The position numbers and the translations under genes are program-made. From NCBI RefSeq assembly GCF_009914755.1, contig NC_060927.1: DNA of 64,000 bases; one strand, given 5' to 3'. The notes under the pieces were generated by a model. It was not told the DNA's origin. It worked only from the letters and a program-made list of their open reading frames with translations, and did not search any database. Positions 24,904 to 42,820 of this stretch are shown piece after piece. The DNA comes from the human T2T-CHM13v2.0 reference genome, Homo sapiens. Within the stretch, counting starts at the first letter, position 1; the number at the start of each line of letters is the position of its first letter.

Positions 24904-27734
24904 CTTTGTAAGGAATATGGAATTGCTAAGATATCATTGGTAGCAAACATCTCTGGTAAGGTGCATATATTCATATTAAATTCCCATTCATTTGAGTTGT
25001 GACCATTATTTTTCATTCACTGAAGTAAAAGCACCTGATGCTGCATCACAACTGCAATGTTTGTTTTTATTTTTGGCTTTATGTCTATACTCCACAGAGA
25101 GCTTTTTAAGTAATGAATTATGTAGCACTATTTTGGGTGGATGAGTTTTATTTTCTTTTAAAGCTGCCTTAATTCCATTTTTATTTTGCATTTTAGAATT
25201 GCCCTTCATTTACTAAATCAGCCAGTTAATGTGATTCAGTTGTGACCTGTGGGATTTTAAAATTTTCCTGCCCTCATAATTTAAGCAAAATCCACGATAG
25301 TATCAGCCCAAGAGTGTGTTGCTATTTGTAAGCCCCATGGATCAATACATAAACTATGCATAAAAATAAAATTTCATATTTTCGCTCGTAAAAATTTAGG
25401 CGCTGAATAAGAATTGTGCTATTTCTCTATTAATATATTGTTAGAAATAACTTTTCTAATGAAACAAAAATGTTTCTCAAAATCTAGAAAAGTGCATATA
25501 AATTTTTGTTCATTTAGAACTGAGTATTCTGGAGAAAACCAATGGTCAGCACTTTTGGTTTGAGTTATCTGAGATTGTATTTTCAAAATGAATTTTAAGT
25601 AGATATTTGGTGTTTTTATCTTGTCAAAGACAGTTTCAAAATTTGATTCAGTTTATGTTTTATTCCGTTCTAAAATATTGGAGATGAGGAAAATGTACTT
25701 GAGTTTTGAAATATTTTGGTAAGCCTCTCTTACTCCTGTTATGCACTTTTTAAAATAAATACTGAATTCCAGAAAGAATTTTCTAGATATAAACTTAATG
25801 CATACTAGAAATCACTTGGCTTCTAAATTTGGTACATTATATTGCATAAAGAGTTAAGAAATTAACCTCAATTATAAGTAAACATTTTGAGTTACCAGAA
25901 AGCCAACTATAGTTAAATATTTTATATCTGAGTTTTCTATAAGTTTGGGGTTTGTTAATTTTATAAATTAAACCACAACTTTTGGTGGTGGTTGTAGTTT
26001 CACAATGGTCCTTTTCCTTCCAAATGAATGTAGAAAATTCGTTATTATCCTGATATTTGCACCACTCATCCCCATGCCACTTTTCCCACATATTAATTTA
26101 TTTCACTGCCTGATCTTTGGATATGAAATTATGAGTTCCACAAAGTCAATTTTTATAGTGCCAATCAAACAGCATGGTGATATTCTTTTTCTTTTTTTTT
26201 CCCCCCACAAGGCTGTTGTTCAGTGTGAGATGACATCATTTCTTATTTCTGCCATGCTGTGGCTTTTTTGTGTTCTGCTTTTAAACTACACCTGTAGTAC
26301 AGTTAATATGTTTTTTATTGGTATTGATTTCTTTAATTCATTAATTTTCTCTATTTGGGACCCAAGTCATAAGAACCAATTAGAGGACATAATAAAAACA
26401 CTTAATGCTTGTAGTCTGTAGAGATCTTCACCATTTCACAGCACACACATTATTTTCATAATAAATTGCCACTGGTGGGACATGGGACTGACTTATTTGA
26501 ATAGAGTTTGAAATACCACCTTTGTATGATGCAAACAATATTTGATTATTTTATCTAAGAAATCTATGCATGTGTATCAAGTTAAAATAGTGGGTTTAAA
26601 TACAATTTACAAAGCATTAGAATGTTACCTAATCTCTTCTGGGTTAAATGTGATAGGAATGTATTGGAATGTGAAGAAATTATAGAAAATTAAAAGACTC
26701 AGCCTCTTTAGGAAGTTTGCTAAAATGGAGAGGTTATGTTTAATTTATTTATATCTTCGTTAATCCAAGCATCTAATGAACAAAAAACTGCTACAGTGAC
26801 GTCATAATTCTATAAGGGCAATAGTTGCCAAATTTCCTCTGGTATTATTAGCATTCTGCCTTTGCATAGATTAGCCTTCAAATTTATTATTTTTAGTATT
26901 ATTTGATACGATTGAAGTGGCTAAGATTGATTGAGCTTTTCTTGATCACATTTTCTGCTTCTTAGCTAAAGTAATTTTATTTAAATTGACATGGCTTGAG
27001 TTGTCATCATTTTCTGCTCTTCTAGAATGATGTGTAGAGAAAACTTGAAGATACTATCCCTTCTTTGGCATTCTTCTCTTAATGCTATGCTATTATTTAT
27101 CATAATATGCATATATTTAGTTGTATCTGGTATCATTCTAACACTCATAACTACCATTTTAGTTAAGTCCAACTTTATATTTGTTACAATGCAGTGTTTT
27201 GGGAAAGGTCTATTAGTAATTATTTAAGTATTACATATTTTTATGGAAGTCTTTAGAAGGTGAAGATCTTACTGAGAAACTATTTTCTAAATAAATTTAA
27301 TTTTCTTTTGTATTTGTATCAGATCATGCCTACTGTATGTTAGATTTTAGACTATTTTAAAAGAAACCGTAGATTATATAAAAATTTTTTTGCTGTTTTT
27401 AAATGGCATTTGTCTTATGTTTAATTTCACAGGATGATTTTGATAGACAAATTTTAGAAAACCTTTTTTCAAAGGTAATGGTTCTATCAGTTTCATTCCA
27501 ACAGTAGCTAATTTCTGTGTTTCAGTCCTACAGAAATTGTGTGAGTAGTTGAAATAATGTACATGTACTAGTTTTTTTAAGTATTCTAAATAGTTCTAAC
27601 ATTTAATGCATATCAGAAACATGCTTAAGAAATAACAATATCCAGGCCCACCCCACCTATTGAATCAGACAGTTCCCAGGGCATATATATGCTGGGGAAG
27701 CCCCATAGGTGATTTTAATGTATACCAAACATGT

Positions 27735-28004
<270 letters not shown>

Positions 28005-28118
28005 TGAACTACTATCTTAAACATTTCCTGATGTTCTACCTTTGGGAAGCAGTTTAAAATGATGCTCTTGAATATAATTTTCAATATTTTACCTGGAAAT
28101 TTTGAGTACCTAGAACTT

Positions 28119-28281
28119 TTTTTTTCTTATTATTATTATACTTTAAGTTCTAGGGTACATGTGCACAGCATGCAGGTTTGTTACATATGTATACATGTGC
28201 CATGTTGCTGTGCTGCACCCATTAACTCGTCATTTACATTAGGTATTCCTCCTAATGCTATCCTTCCCCTCTCCCCCCAAC
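28119..28281 (-). mobile_element. Heavily 5'-truncated primate L1PA 3' end with TSD
   Basis: TTATTATACTTTAAGTTCTAGGGTACATGTGCACA…CCCATTAACTCGTCATTTACATTAGG; 12-bp TSD TACCTAGAACTT at 28107 and 28282. Confidence 0.9.
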
Positions 28282-31109
28282 TACCTAGAACTTGACTAGA
28301 AATACCATCAAGTAAAATTCTTTAAATTCTACATTTTTACTCGTTATTTATGGGCAATATTGATATGTACTTATTACAGCATTAATTTTTTGAGATAATA
28401 ATTATAGTCTACTCTTCTGTCCTCTGCAACTCCTGCCTCCATTCATTCAAAAGAGGTTTGCTGTACAGAGACTCCTTGACTTATGGGTTTATCATAAGTC
28501 AAAGAGTATACTGAATATGTATTAGTTTCACACATTGTAAAGTCAAGAAATCATAAGTCAGGGACCATCTGTATTTGTTTAAGAAATTAGATAATTACCA
28601 TGTAAACACAGTATTTAATTTCATGAAGAATTTACTAAAATAAACACCATGGATGTGAACATCCACATATTTGGATAACAGTATCTGGCCAGTGTTTCAA
28701 ATGCTGGGAAAAAAATTCAAATCAGAATGCATAAAGCTGCAAAGATGATAAACTACCCTTAAGTTTACAGTCAAATGGAGATGCCAAGCATAAATATAAC
28801 TTGCAATAAGACAAGCCAAGATGTTGAGTGTTATAGTAGGGGAAGGCAAGAAAGGAACTGCTGAGCAGTCAACAGGAGTAGAATGGACAGAGAAACAGCC
28901 ATTGCTTACCTGGATAGGCAAACGAGGAGATGGCTGATGGAAGAATTTGCACATAGCTGATGAAGAGGGAACTAGGCAGAATGGAGAGAAAGCATTAAGT
29001 GGAGAGGAGATAGAGGTCAGAGGCATCTCCAGTACTACACCTATACCATCTTGAAATAGTCCTCTACCCATATCCTGTGCTGAAGGAGTGAGATTAGATA
29101 GCCAGGTTTGTAACCTATGTCCTCACGTGCCAACCACAGTTGCGTGCTAGAGGGTGGGGATTAGACAGCCACATAGGTAACACATGATTCCATACTGGTG
29201 ACCACAGCAACAAGACACTTCACCAGGGAAAAACAATTCATAGGCTAGACTGAGCTGGTAAGATTCTTTCTCACAAATTTGAGCTATGAAATTCTGAGAC
29301 AATCAGATAATGATATACGTATAAATGAAAAGATCATTTTAGAACTGGCCTTGAAGTCAGTGAAGCAAGCTAAAGTCTAAAGGAAATGATGAGTAAGCAG
29401 AGAAAGCTGATCTATAGAGCAAAGTTAGGGAATGAAACAGGTTTGCAGAGCCAAGAGACTGCCCTAGAGAGATCAGAAAAGTGGCCTTAGTTTCTGGCTC
29501 TGCAGTCCTACTGAGGTGATGCAGCCATGATTCATTTTCTGCCCCTGGATGCCATTGATTGTGGCTGTTGTATCCTTATGTTAAATCCCCCTTTTCTTAA
29601 ACAGGCTGAGTCACTTTCTTTTCCTTGTAATCAGGCAGCCCCAAATTGGACACCTAAGCTTTGATCCTTGGTGATTGAGAGGATAGTGATACCATTGACA
29701 TCAAGATAAGTCAAGGAGCATGTTTAGAGAAGGGAAGCAATTTTGATGTACCGAATTTGACTGGTGGTGAGATATGTAGGAAATTTCTGGTAGTGGTTGG
29801 AAATGGGGCCTGAACCAGGAGATGTTAAAACTAGAGATACAGATCTTGCAGCTAATAATTTATAGAAATGATTAAGGCAGCCCTGGGAGATGGTATAGGA
29901 GAAAAAAAGATGAGGACAGAATTTGGGGGAAAATTCATTTAAAGGATAAGCAAAGACGGAAAAGAAGATGGAAAGTGATAGCAGAAAGGAAGAAAACCAA
30001 GGTGGCACACATTTTTCAGAGGCAAAAGTGGCTTTGTAGCAGTCACATGGTACAGAGAAGTAGGATGTAAATCTGAGACAACATTGGGCTGGATAATTGG
30101 AGCATGATGATCCTTTAGAAGGCAGGTACAGTATAATAGTGGGAGCAGAAACCAGATGGATATGGTTGTAGTAGATATTAAGAAGACATGATGAATGATA
30201 ATACTATAGAAAAGTTTGAAAAGGAGAACGTTTAAGACAAATGATCATTATTTTCCCAAATATCTGAAAAGCACATACTGCTTTATTTTTTGCTTTCAAA
30301 TTTGAAACATTGTAAAATGATGAGTATAATATGATCTGCAACAGTGTAAGGTGAAGCAGTCTTTGAACTGGGTCTTAAAGGATGATTGCTAAGAGAAAAA
30401 TGAAACAATACATACAATATGATTGCAGATTTGCTCTTTATAATTTAGATGTGCAGAGAAAATGAGAGTTTTCCTATGGAACTTATATGTCCTTCCTCTT
30501 GAGCCCATACCCAGTGGTAAGTCTGGAAAAAATTAACTTTTAGTTTTAGCCAGTTTAAAACCTAGTCTGATATAAAGGGGATAGAATTTATATCTTAAGG
30601 GATTTTAAGGTAATGCTTAATCTTTTGGAGAAATGCTGTTTTATTTCTGCCTTTTGTCTTTCTAAAATGGTGTCCAGACATATCATACAAGACAGGGGCA
30701 TCAGGGTAGACAGAGTCTTTGTGGAGCCCTTCCATTCTCTGGGTTAATTATACTGACCTCTGTTGTGGCAGGCAGCAGCTTATAAAATAAGTAACAAGTC
30801 TTTCCTAGTCTGGTCAGAGTCCAGTTGTCCTTGGCTGAACTGACTTCATCTCAGTTCTTTTGGATGCGGAAAACTCTCTGAGGCCCTATCACCTGCAACT
30901 CTGCCTCAAGCAGCAGTGTAGGTCAGGTTACAGGTTTACCACCTGCACCCCACTGTAAGCTCAAGGTAAGCCTACTTGCTTCTCCTTCAGCCATCTTCTG
31001 AATCTCCCTTTGGGGGAATATGGGAACTTGTGGGTCTCTTCTATAGCACACAGGAAGAGACAGTAGCCTGGGAAATCAAACTCTTTCCAGAATCTGGTAG
31101 ACATCCTAC

Positions 31110-31400
31110 TACCCAGCATGTGAGGAATACTACAAAGCAATGAAAAGTGAACAGACTACTGCTACATGAAACAACATAAATGAATCATACTAATATAATG
31201 TTGAACAAAAGAAGCCAGACACAAAGAGAGTGTATACTGTATGCTTCCATTTATATAAAGGTCAAGAACAGGCAAAACTACTCTGTGGGGTTAGAAGTCA
31301 GGATAGTGGTTATGAGAGGAGAGTGGGAGAGCTGGCAGCACTGGCTTGTTGGGAAAGGGGTATGTATATGTTTATATATATTTGCCTGTATTTATGAAAT
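31110..31400 (+). mobile_element. Old L1M 3' fragment
   Basis: GAATACTAC…AAGAAGCCAGACACAAAGAG…TATGCTTCCATTTATATAAAG…AACAGGCAAAACTA. Confidence 0.65.
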
Positions 31401-31859
31401 TGTTAGTAACACCTGTCTGTAACACGTAAATAGGATAGGTAGAATACTTTTTCAACTTCTGAACTTTGAAACCCTTTGAAAGTCACTGGTAATTTTCTAC
31501 CACAAACCTTTTTATTAATACTACTTAATAACTTTCAGTTAGATACCTACAATGACCTTTACTTGTACGCTATTTCACTACTTGGTTATATTTTCATTAT
31601 AAAAAGAAATTTAGTCTAGTTCCTTGGTCTCTTTCTCCAGGGTTAGAATTTTAGTCTCTATATTGTAAAATTTCTTTTAAAAAATTACCCTACTCAGTTT
31701 TTCACAATAGACAGTTATACAAAGTTTAATACAGTCATTATCTTTTACACATTTGAAAAAAGTAACTTGTTTTAATTTATAAAAGAAAATAGGCTATAGA
31801 ATATTAATCTCTGTGAAACAATAAGACAAGTGTATGAAAATTATTTTACAGCTACTTTT

Positions 31860-32063
31860 TCATGGCTGTTGACCTACTGGAACAAGAGCAAAACCTGCAT
31901 TAGATGAGTGGTCATAAGATTCTCCATAAGTTGATGTCCAATAATAATGCTTTTTAAGGCCATTGGAGACTTCTGCAAGATATACACGTCCATCTACCAC
32001 AAATGGCTCCACATCTGTATTGTCTGGTTTTAGACAACCCATTTGAATTAAGTCTGAATATGC
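31860..32063 (-). CDS. LRRC34: LRRC34 last coding exon (11); spliced CDS 1395 nt = 464 aa
   Basis: CCTAG|GCA YSDLIQMGCLKPDNTDVEPFVVDGRVYLAE…VGQQP*; AATAAA on minus at 31516-31511. Confidence 0.93.
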   Translation of the reverse strand, partial: AYSDLIQMGCLKPDNTDVEPFVVDGRVYLAEVSNGLKKHYYWTSTYGESYDHSSNAGFALVPVGQQP

Positions 32064-32630
32064 CTAGGATTTTTAGGAAAAAAACTATATCATTAAGAAA
32101 AAATGTATTCAATTTACAGTGCTTACGGAAATTTAAATATTCAAATTAGCTGTGCTAATTTGTAGTTTAAAATAAAATATTCTGAATAACATTGCTGAAT
32201 TTTAATATTTTCCAGGTATTGTAAATAGATTTTTATTCATTTAATTACACAGAATGAAATTATAATATTGCAAAACTTATTTCTAACTTTTAATGTATTA
32301 GACATGTTTTGTCATTTTGTGACTCCTAGAGTTGATTTTCTATACTACCAATTTTGTGGACCAAAGCTCCTATGGTCAAAATTTTCAAGTCCCACAGATG
32401 TTCATAAATTGGAATAGGTAGGGGGGCTCGGTAGGAGGCCTATTGTATACATTCTCAAAAATCTGCTGATAGCTAGTTACCCATTCCTCAGAAAAATTAA
32501 GGGAATCCCAGATTTGGACATACAATTATATAGAGTTCATGACCCCCCTGAATCTAATCTACAGATTTAGGCTAAAACAGACAATTCCATAGTATTGGAT
32601 GCGGACCTATTAATTATTTCTTCATTGTAG

Positions 32631-32930
<300 letters not shown>

Positions 32931-33710
32931 TCCTTAGTATCTATGTAACAGAGTCATACAAATACGTTGAACTGGTTTGTCAGTAAGGTTGGCAATATGG
33001 AGAAAGATGGAAATTTAGACATTAAAAGATTTAAAAGTCAAGTTGGTTTTTGCTTTAGCTTGTCATTCATCATTAGTTCCAGTTCCAGACTCAACTTATT
33101 CAGCTACTGATGTGTAGAACCTAAAGAATTATGGATGTTTTTCTAAAAGTAAGGGTTGGTTTTTTTGGGAGGGTGGTTTAGACAACACTCTATGTTTTAT
33201 TACTCTTTTTAGTGGTGGAATTTTTGTTAGTCCTTTTGCAAATTTTGAGAATTTTAACATCTACTTTTTCCCCCTCGTTCTTTCCAAATGAAAACTGTTA
33301 CCATTATTTCTGTTTTGAAAGTAGTATCAAAGGCTGTCTGTATTTATGTGAGCAACATGCCAAATATTTTGATAGCTTGTACTCTATCTCTCCCATTCCA
33401 TATTTTGGTATAATTATTAGGGAGCAGATCAGAAATTTTGCTACATCTGATCAATAATTATGATTTTTCTTAACCTTAGAGGAATTAGAACTGTGTCATT
33501 CAGTGATGTGTAATACTAATACATAGTTTTAATATCTTTGGTTATTTGAACCACCAAACTCTCTAGTAGTTAATTTTAAGACTTATGTTAATTATCAAAA
33601 CTGCAGTGTCTCACTGTGTAACCATTTCTGAGGCACCTGTAAATAATATCTGATGTTACAGAGATGATCCCAGAAAAAGCCTTCAGTGAAGGAAAAAACT
33701 TAAAACTTAC

Positions 33711-33837
33711 TATACACGTAGCCTCATCAAATTTGTTTCCCCAAATGTAGATATGAGAGAAAGTGAGATTTGTTTTCATTGATTGTGAAAGTGCAACAAG
33801 TCCTTCTCCCTCTATGTTGTTGCTGACTACTGACAAC
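33711..33837 (-). CDS. LRRC34: LRRC34 exon 10
   Basis: TTTCAG|G LSVVSNNIEGEGLVAL…WGNKFDEATCI|GTAAG. Confidence 0.93.
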
Positions 33838-34439
33838 CTGAAACCAATAATTCCACAAGGAAAGAATACAAAAATTAGCAACATTTATTACAAACACTTT
33901 CTTGTGTAGTCTTAGCATTATTCTTCAGTATGTTGTAATGTAGTGGTAAAAATACTGACCATTTAATTCCTAAAATCCAAGAAACTTAGTTTTCTAATTA
34001 GATCCTTAAGGTACTTAGTAGAGCTAACTACATTTTGAAAGTCTTCTGTTTTATATTATTCAGTAAATGTTTGGGTGGATAGCAGATATATTTTTCTGGA
34101 TAAATGCATCCAAGTATTTTATTCTTTAGTTCATTCTTACTTTTAAAAGTCTTGATCATATTGAATGCTTCTGAGTTTTCTATTAGAATTCAGGATAAGT
34201 AATATAAGCAATGCAAATTTTCTCATTAATTTGAAGGAATCGTTAATAGAATCAGTCTAATTGTAAAAGACATTACATTTGAAAAATAGAAATGTAAATG
34301 TTTACTGTAACTTAATACTATGTCAGTTTAGAAGCTGAGTTTTCATATTTCATTATAATCTTAAGAGTTAAGGGGATTGAGGTTAGTATTTAAAAATTTG
34401 CTTTTCTGTTATTTTGATTAAATATAAAACCATACTAAC

Positions 34440-34595
34440 GCTTTAAGACTCCTGTTGTGTGAAGTAAGAGTTTCACTGAGATAGTTTGCGCCTGCATTTT
34501 CTATTCTGTTAAAGGAAAGATCTATTACTTCCAGGGTAGTGTTGCTTTTCAGTACATCAGCCAAATACACCATTCCATCATGAGTTATTTTGTTG
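34440..34595 (-). CDS. LRRC34: LRRC34 exon 9
   Basis: GCCAG|C NKITHDGMVYLADVLKSNTTLEVIDLSFNRIENAGA…SLK; donor GC|GTTAGT. Confidence 0.92.
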
Positions 34596-34970
34596 CTGGC
34601 AAAGGAAAAATAGTTATATTTGAAAATATGAAATAGTGTTTTTATTCATAGTGATAAGATGCTTGAAAACTTAAACAGTACTTTCTGTTTTAGTAAAGGT
34701 TTATTTTAACCACTTGATTTCCAAGAAAGTTAATGAAAATTCACCATAAAATATTGCTTTCATTCTTGTTTACACAACTAAATTGCTCATTTATGTTACT
34801 AAAAGATAGCAGTATTAAATATTAAAGCTTAGGACAAAGGATTGACAATTGGTTGCAGTTTCTAATCATTGGAAATAATGTCTAACAACGTATCCCAAGT
34901 ACCATGAATATTTATATAGATTATTCCCATTATTTAACTTTGAATTATTAATGTGTAAATTATCACTTAC

Positions 34971-35125
34971 CAGCTGACATCAAGGTAGCGCAGGCTACTG
35001 TTCAGATACAGTGCATCACATAACTGTTGTATACCACTGTTTTTTATATCATGCTTACACATGTGTAGTGCAACAAGACAGTGATTTTCTTTCAACATGC
35101 GGCCTACATGGACTGTAGACTCTTC
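34971..35125 (-). CDS. LRRC34: LRRC34 exon 8
   Basis: TTTAG|EESTVHVGRMLKENHCLVALHMCKH…LRYLDVS; donor TG|GTAAGT. Confidence 0.92.
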
Positions 35126-37597
35126 CTAAAAGTGGATAAAATCTTATTTCTAAAATATAATTTTGAAGTAGTACATGTTTATTTCAGACATATGCTGTTA
35201 TTTAAATTAGCTTTTTAAAAAGATTATATTGGTTAAAACTGTTAGTCCACAATTTGCATTTGTTTGGTCTATCTTTAAAAAATTATCTTTGCCACAAATG
35301 ATATTTTTTACCTTCTCAGAAGGTAAAATATAGTCACTATATTTTACAAGTGCCTGCTACCTAAGTGATGTAAAAGAGGCTGGTTAATTTGGTTTTTTAA
35401 AAAAACAATAATCAGTCATTTCGAAAGGAAAAAAAAATTGGTCCCATCATGTATTGAGCATGTAATCCATCTTTCAAGTCTCTAAACCTTTCTTATACCT
35501 TCCATATGTTCCTGAACTTTGCTCTTGATCTCTACTCTTGATGGTTTTCAGACAAAATACAAAGACATTTCCCAATCTTTATTTTATATTAAGAATACAC
35601 TCATTAACCCTGTGATATATCTGATCCTTCCCTTTATATTCATCTCAAATTCCTAAGAGGTTTTATTCTTATTTTCTGATCATCAGAAGACTTTTTTTTA
35701 AGTTCCACAATCTAGCTACTTCTAGGTAAAAGATACATGGCATCAATGAAGATTTGAATACCAGGCATTTTAAGTTTTTAGTAAAATCAAAGCATATTTT
35801 CAAATGAATGGCCCAAAGTATTTTGTGACAAGAAGTACTCTTGCATGATTGCTGTATAACATAATAAGTTTTTTAGTCACTGGAAATGCTGATGATGAAC
35901 ACAGATAACTATATGTGTTCTTGTTATATATAAAGGTACTTTGAAAAAAACTTTAAATGAAACCACATAGCAATAGCAGAAAGTACATGAGCTTTATAAA
36001 AATCAAGTCTGTCAGATACTAGCTCTACCTTTTACTGGCTATATGACTTTGGGCAAATATTTTCATCTAGCTGAGTCTCAGTTTCCATTTTAGTAAAGTA
36101 GCTGAAATTATGCTTCCCTCACAGAAATAAGTTAACTAATAAAAGGTACCTAGCACAAAATAAGTGTTCCATAAGCAGCCTACAAAGCATTTATTATTGT
36201 TCAATATTCTGTAATTCTGTATTTGCTGAAATTGCTTTGACACTGAAAAGATACACCCAAAGGAATGCTATGTAGACTAGGATCTTTAAAAATGCACGCC
36301 AACCATGCTAAAGGGATGCTATGTAGTCTAGGAACGTAAAAAAATGCAAACCAACCACTTAGGGGGTTCCACTATTGCTCTTCCTAGTGCCAGGCACAGA
36401 GGACAAACTCAGTACGTTTTTGTGTTTGGGCCTTGATTGCAGTTTTAGGCTACAACGCTTGAAAGCAGGAGTATCCTAATTAAGGGAGGAACTATTGTCA
36501 GAAATAGTAAAGGGTTTTAGCCCCATTCACTGAGTTTGTGACTTGATTTGTCTAGAGTGGCACCTGGCATCAGTATTTTTCAAGCTCCCCGGATAATGCC
36601 AATGAGCATTAAAGGTGAAGTCCAACATCTTAACAGCTTTTTGTTATCCCATTCCTCCACGGTAATAAAACAGTAAAACCCGTACATGGAATAGATTTGC
36701 AGGTTTGTATTTGGGAACAGCAATTTAAGAGCAGAATAGTACCCTTGGGGATAGAGAAGGTAGTGGCTGTCCTGGAGAAGAACAAAACAGACTAGCACCT
36801 AGCTGGCTGCCAGAAGCACCAAGCTGAGAGCAACAAGGGGGCCTGGGCTTTTAATAATAAGCATCCTCAGGTGGATTTAGGAATGACACCACTCAACATA
36901 TTTTAAAAAGGGATCATGCTTATAATGTGATCTCCTATATATAAACATATTTCCACAGAGATAAAATCCAGAAATGTATTTAGCCCTCGAATCTCCTGTC
37001 ATGTCCTCAATCTGAGAACCTCCCTACCACACTCACCTCCCCTGCTTTGATTCTGATTACCCTCCTTATGTCCCCATGGCACCCCGGGCATATCACTCTC
37101 CAGACTTGTCAAGCTCCCTCCACCTAGATGGAAAACTCACTGAAGACAAGTGCTATGTAATTTATTTGACTTTAATACCTCTAGCACCTCGCTAGCATTG
37201 TGTCTTGTTTAAGGTTGCATTCAAATATTCATGGTGTGAATGAATCATGAGTGAAGCAATTCACTGCATGCCTACTTTGAGCTGTATTTTGCTAGTCTTT
37301 TAAGTATTTTTAAAATAGGAATCTATTTGAAGATTCTGAGTGTCTTGTTGAACAGATTGGATTTACGTACATGAAACAACGTGATGTAAAACCACAAAAA
37401 TTCTGGTACCAAAAAGTGCAGCGATAACTCAAAGGGAGAGATCTATGTAGGCAAAGAATGTAAAATACACTTCTGAATATGAGAATACTACTTTAAAAAT
37501 ATCATTAATTCTCAGTGATTCATACTAAGGGGGAACAATGAAGTAGATAATTTTAAATTATCTAAAGTGCTTTAATCATTTAAAAAGTTCAGAGTTT

Positions 37598-37898
37598 GGC
37601 TGGGCATGGTAGCTGATGCCTGTCATCCCAGCACTTTGGGAGGCCAAGGCAGGCAGATAGCTTGAGCTCAGGAGTTCAAGACCAGCCTGGGCAACATGAC
37701 AAAACCCTGTCTTTACCAAAAATACAAAAAAATTTAGGTGGGCATGGTGGTGCATACCTGTGGTCCCAGCCACTCAGGAAGCTGAGGTGGGAGGATCACT
37801 TGAGGCCAGGAGGTGGAGGCTGCCGTGAGCCGATATCATGCCACCGCACTCCAGCCTGGGTGACAGAGTGAGACCTCATCTCAAAAAAGAAAAATAAA
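37598..37898 (+). mobile_element. AluJ-like
   Basis: GGCTGGGCATGGT…GAGACCTCATCTCAAAAAAG. Confidence 0.9.
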
Positions 37899-37919
37899 GT
37901 TGAGAATTCAAACACTGAC

Positions 37920-38251
<332 letters not shown>

Positions 38252-38884
38252 TAAACATTGAACTTTATAAAGTGCTTTGACCATTTACTTTTCCTAATAG
38301 TTAGATATATGTTTTTGTTTATACCAATAATAACATGAGTTCTTATTCTCTAGCTGTTTACAAGTGATAGGAGAAGAAAGCCACCCAGAAGGAGAAAGAA
38401 GTCATGAAAGTAGGAACCACATTTTTACTCATCTTTCTGTCTCCAGCAAGCAGCTTACTGCTTTTCATACACATTTTGCTTTTATTACTCATGATTTCAA
38501 AGGTGTAATGGTTCAGCCACATCAATGTAACAAACAGTTCACACTGGGCTCTTATAGTCTGGCCTTTAAAACCTTCACTATTTATGCTTTCATCTTAACT
38601 ACTTTGACCCTCACAGGTTTACTCACTAAGAACTTGAGTTTCAAGAGAAAAGATGACATGTTTGCTGCTTAAACAAGCAATATCTAAAAGCATATTTAGT
38701 TATAAACGTCTTACCAAGAATTGATATAATTTTCATTTAAACATTTTTATAAATAGTAGTTTACAAGATATAGTAAGTACATCTCTAAAAATACAGTGTA
38801 TTCATGTACCTTGACATAAACTTGTAGTAGTACCTTAGTTTTATTCATGTTGTTATATTAACTACCATCACTTTGAATACATAC

Positions 38885-38980
38885 CTGTTCACTGTACAGT
38901 ATAGGTCGGTTTAGGTTTATTGCCTTAATTGCTTGGTTTTGAGTTAGTACTGTAGCAAATGCTATCACACTTTGCATTCC
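38885..38980 (-). CDS. LRRC34: LRRC34 exon 7 (96 nt, phase-symmetric)
   Basis: TTTAG|GMQSVIAFATVLTQNQAIKAINLNRPILYSEQ|GTATG. Confidence 0.9.
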
Positions 38981-40034
38981 CTAAAAACAGGTAAATTCAT
39001 TAAGGAAACAGACAAAGTATATAATAATCTCGCTACATAAATATTTCAAGATCAGCTATCTGCATTCTGATAAAATTGTTTTTAAAATTTAAGCATTCCT
39101 TGGACTTTGAATTGTAAGTTGATCAAATTCAAAAATGAATTGTTACTGTATTCTTCTCTCCTGGCCCTAAAATCTATCTAAAACATGGCATGGGGAGTTT
39201 CTTAATGTTTCAGTGTCCATTTCCTGGGTGTTTCCCTCTAGGTTTTTTTTCCTCACCCCTCAAGCTTCTATGTGGATCCCAGCTAGAGCTCATACTACTT
39301 ATCCAACACACATCATTGTGCAAGCACTCTTTTATATTCATACTAGTACTTTTAAGTGTGTGTGCGGTGGGAAAAGGTTACCAATCACATTTTTCACAGA
39401 TCCCATAGGCCTCTCTTGCTCTATCTGACTGGAAGGGCCTAGTCTCCCCATATCCGTGATGGACACCACCATGTACACCCAGCTGGTATGCCGGAAACCA
39501 TGGGCTTCCTCTCACTCTGCCATTCCTCTTACCTTCCCATCCAGTTGATCACTAAGACTTACAGATTCTGCTGCCTCCAAAAGATGTCTCAAATTAGTCT
39601 GTTCCTGTCCATCTCTGTGGCCACCACCCCAGCCCAAGTCCTCCTCACCTCTCACCTGGACTACTAAGTGGTCAGATGGCTTCTTCTTGCCACCCTTTAC
39701 TTCTGCACAGAGAAACCAGTGATCTAAAACCACCAATCAGATCATTACCCCTCAGAGCTTTTCCAGATTTCCATGATTTGCTTTTTCCATGATTTTCATT
39801 TATAATACAACCCCCACTTCTTCCCCTTACCTGTGACCCACAACCCACACAACTTTGCCATATCTGGCCTCCATAAGCTTCTCTACTTTTACTTCAAGGC
39901 ACTCTTAACTTTGTCTGCTCAGCCATTCTGACTTCTCAGTTCTTAAAACCTGTGACACTTGCTATTTTATTATTCATGTACCTCCCTCGTGATTTTTGCC
40001 ATATCTCAGTATGCAAAATATTTAACACTATTTT

Positions 40035-42820
<2,786 letters not shown>

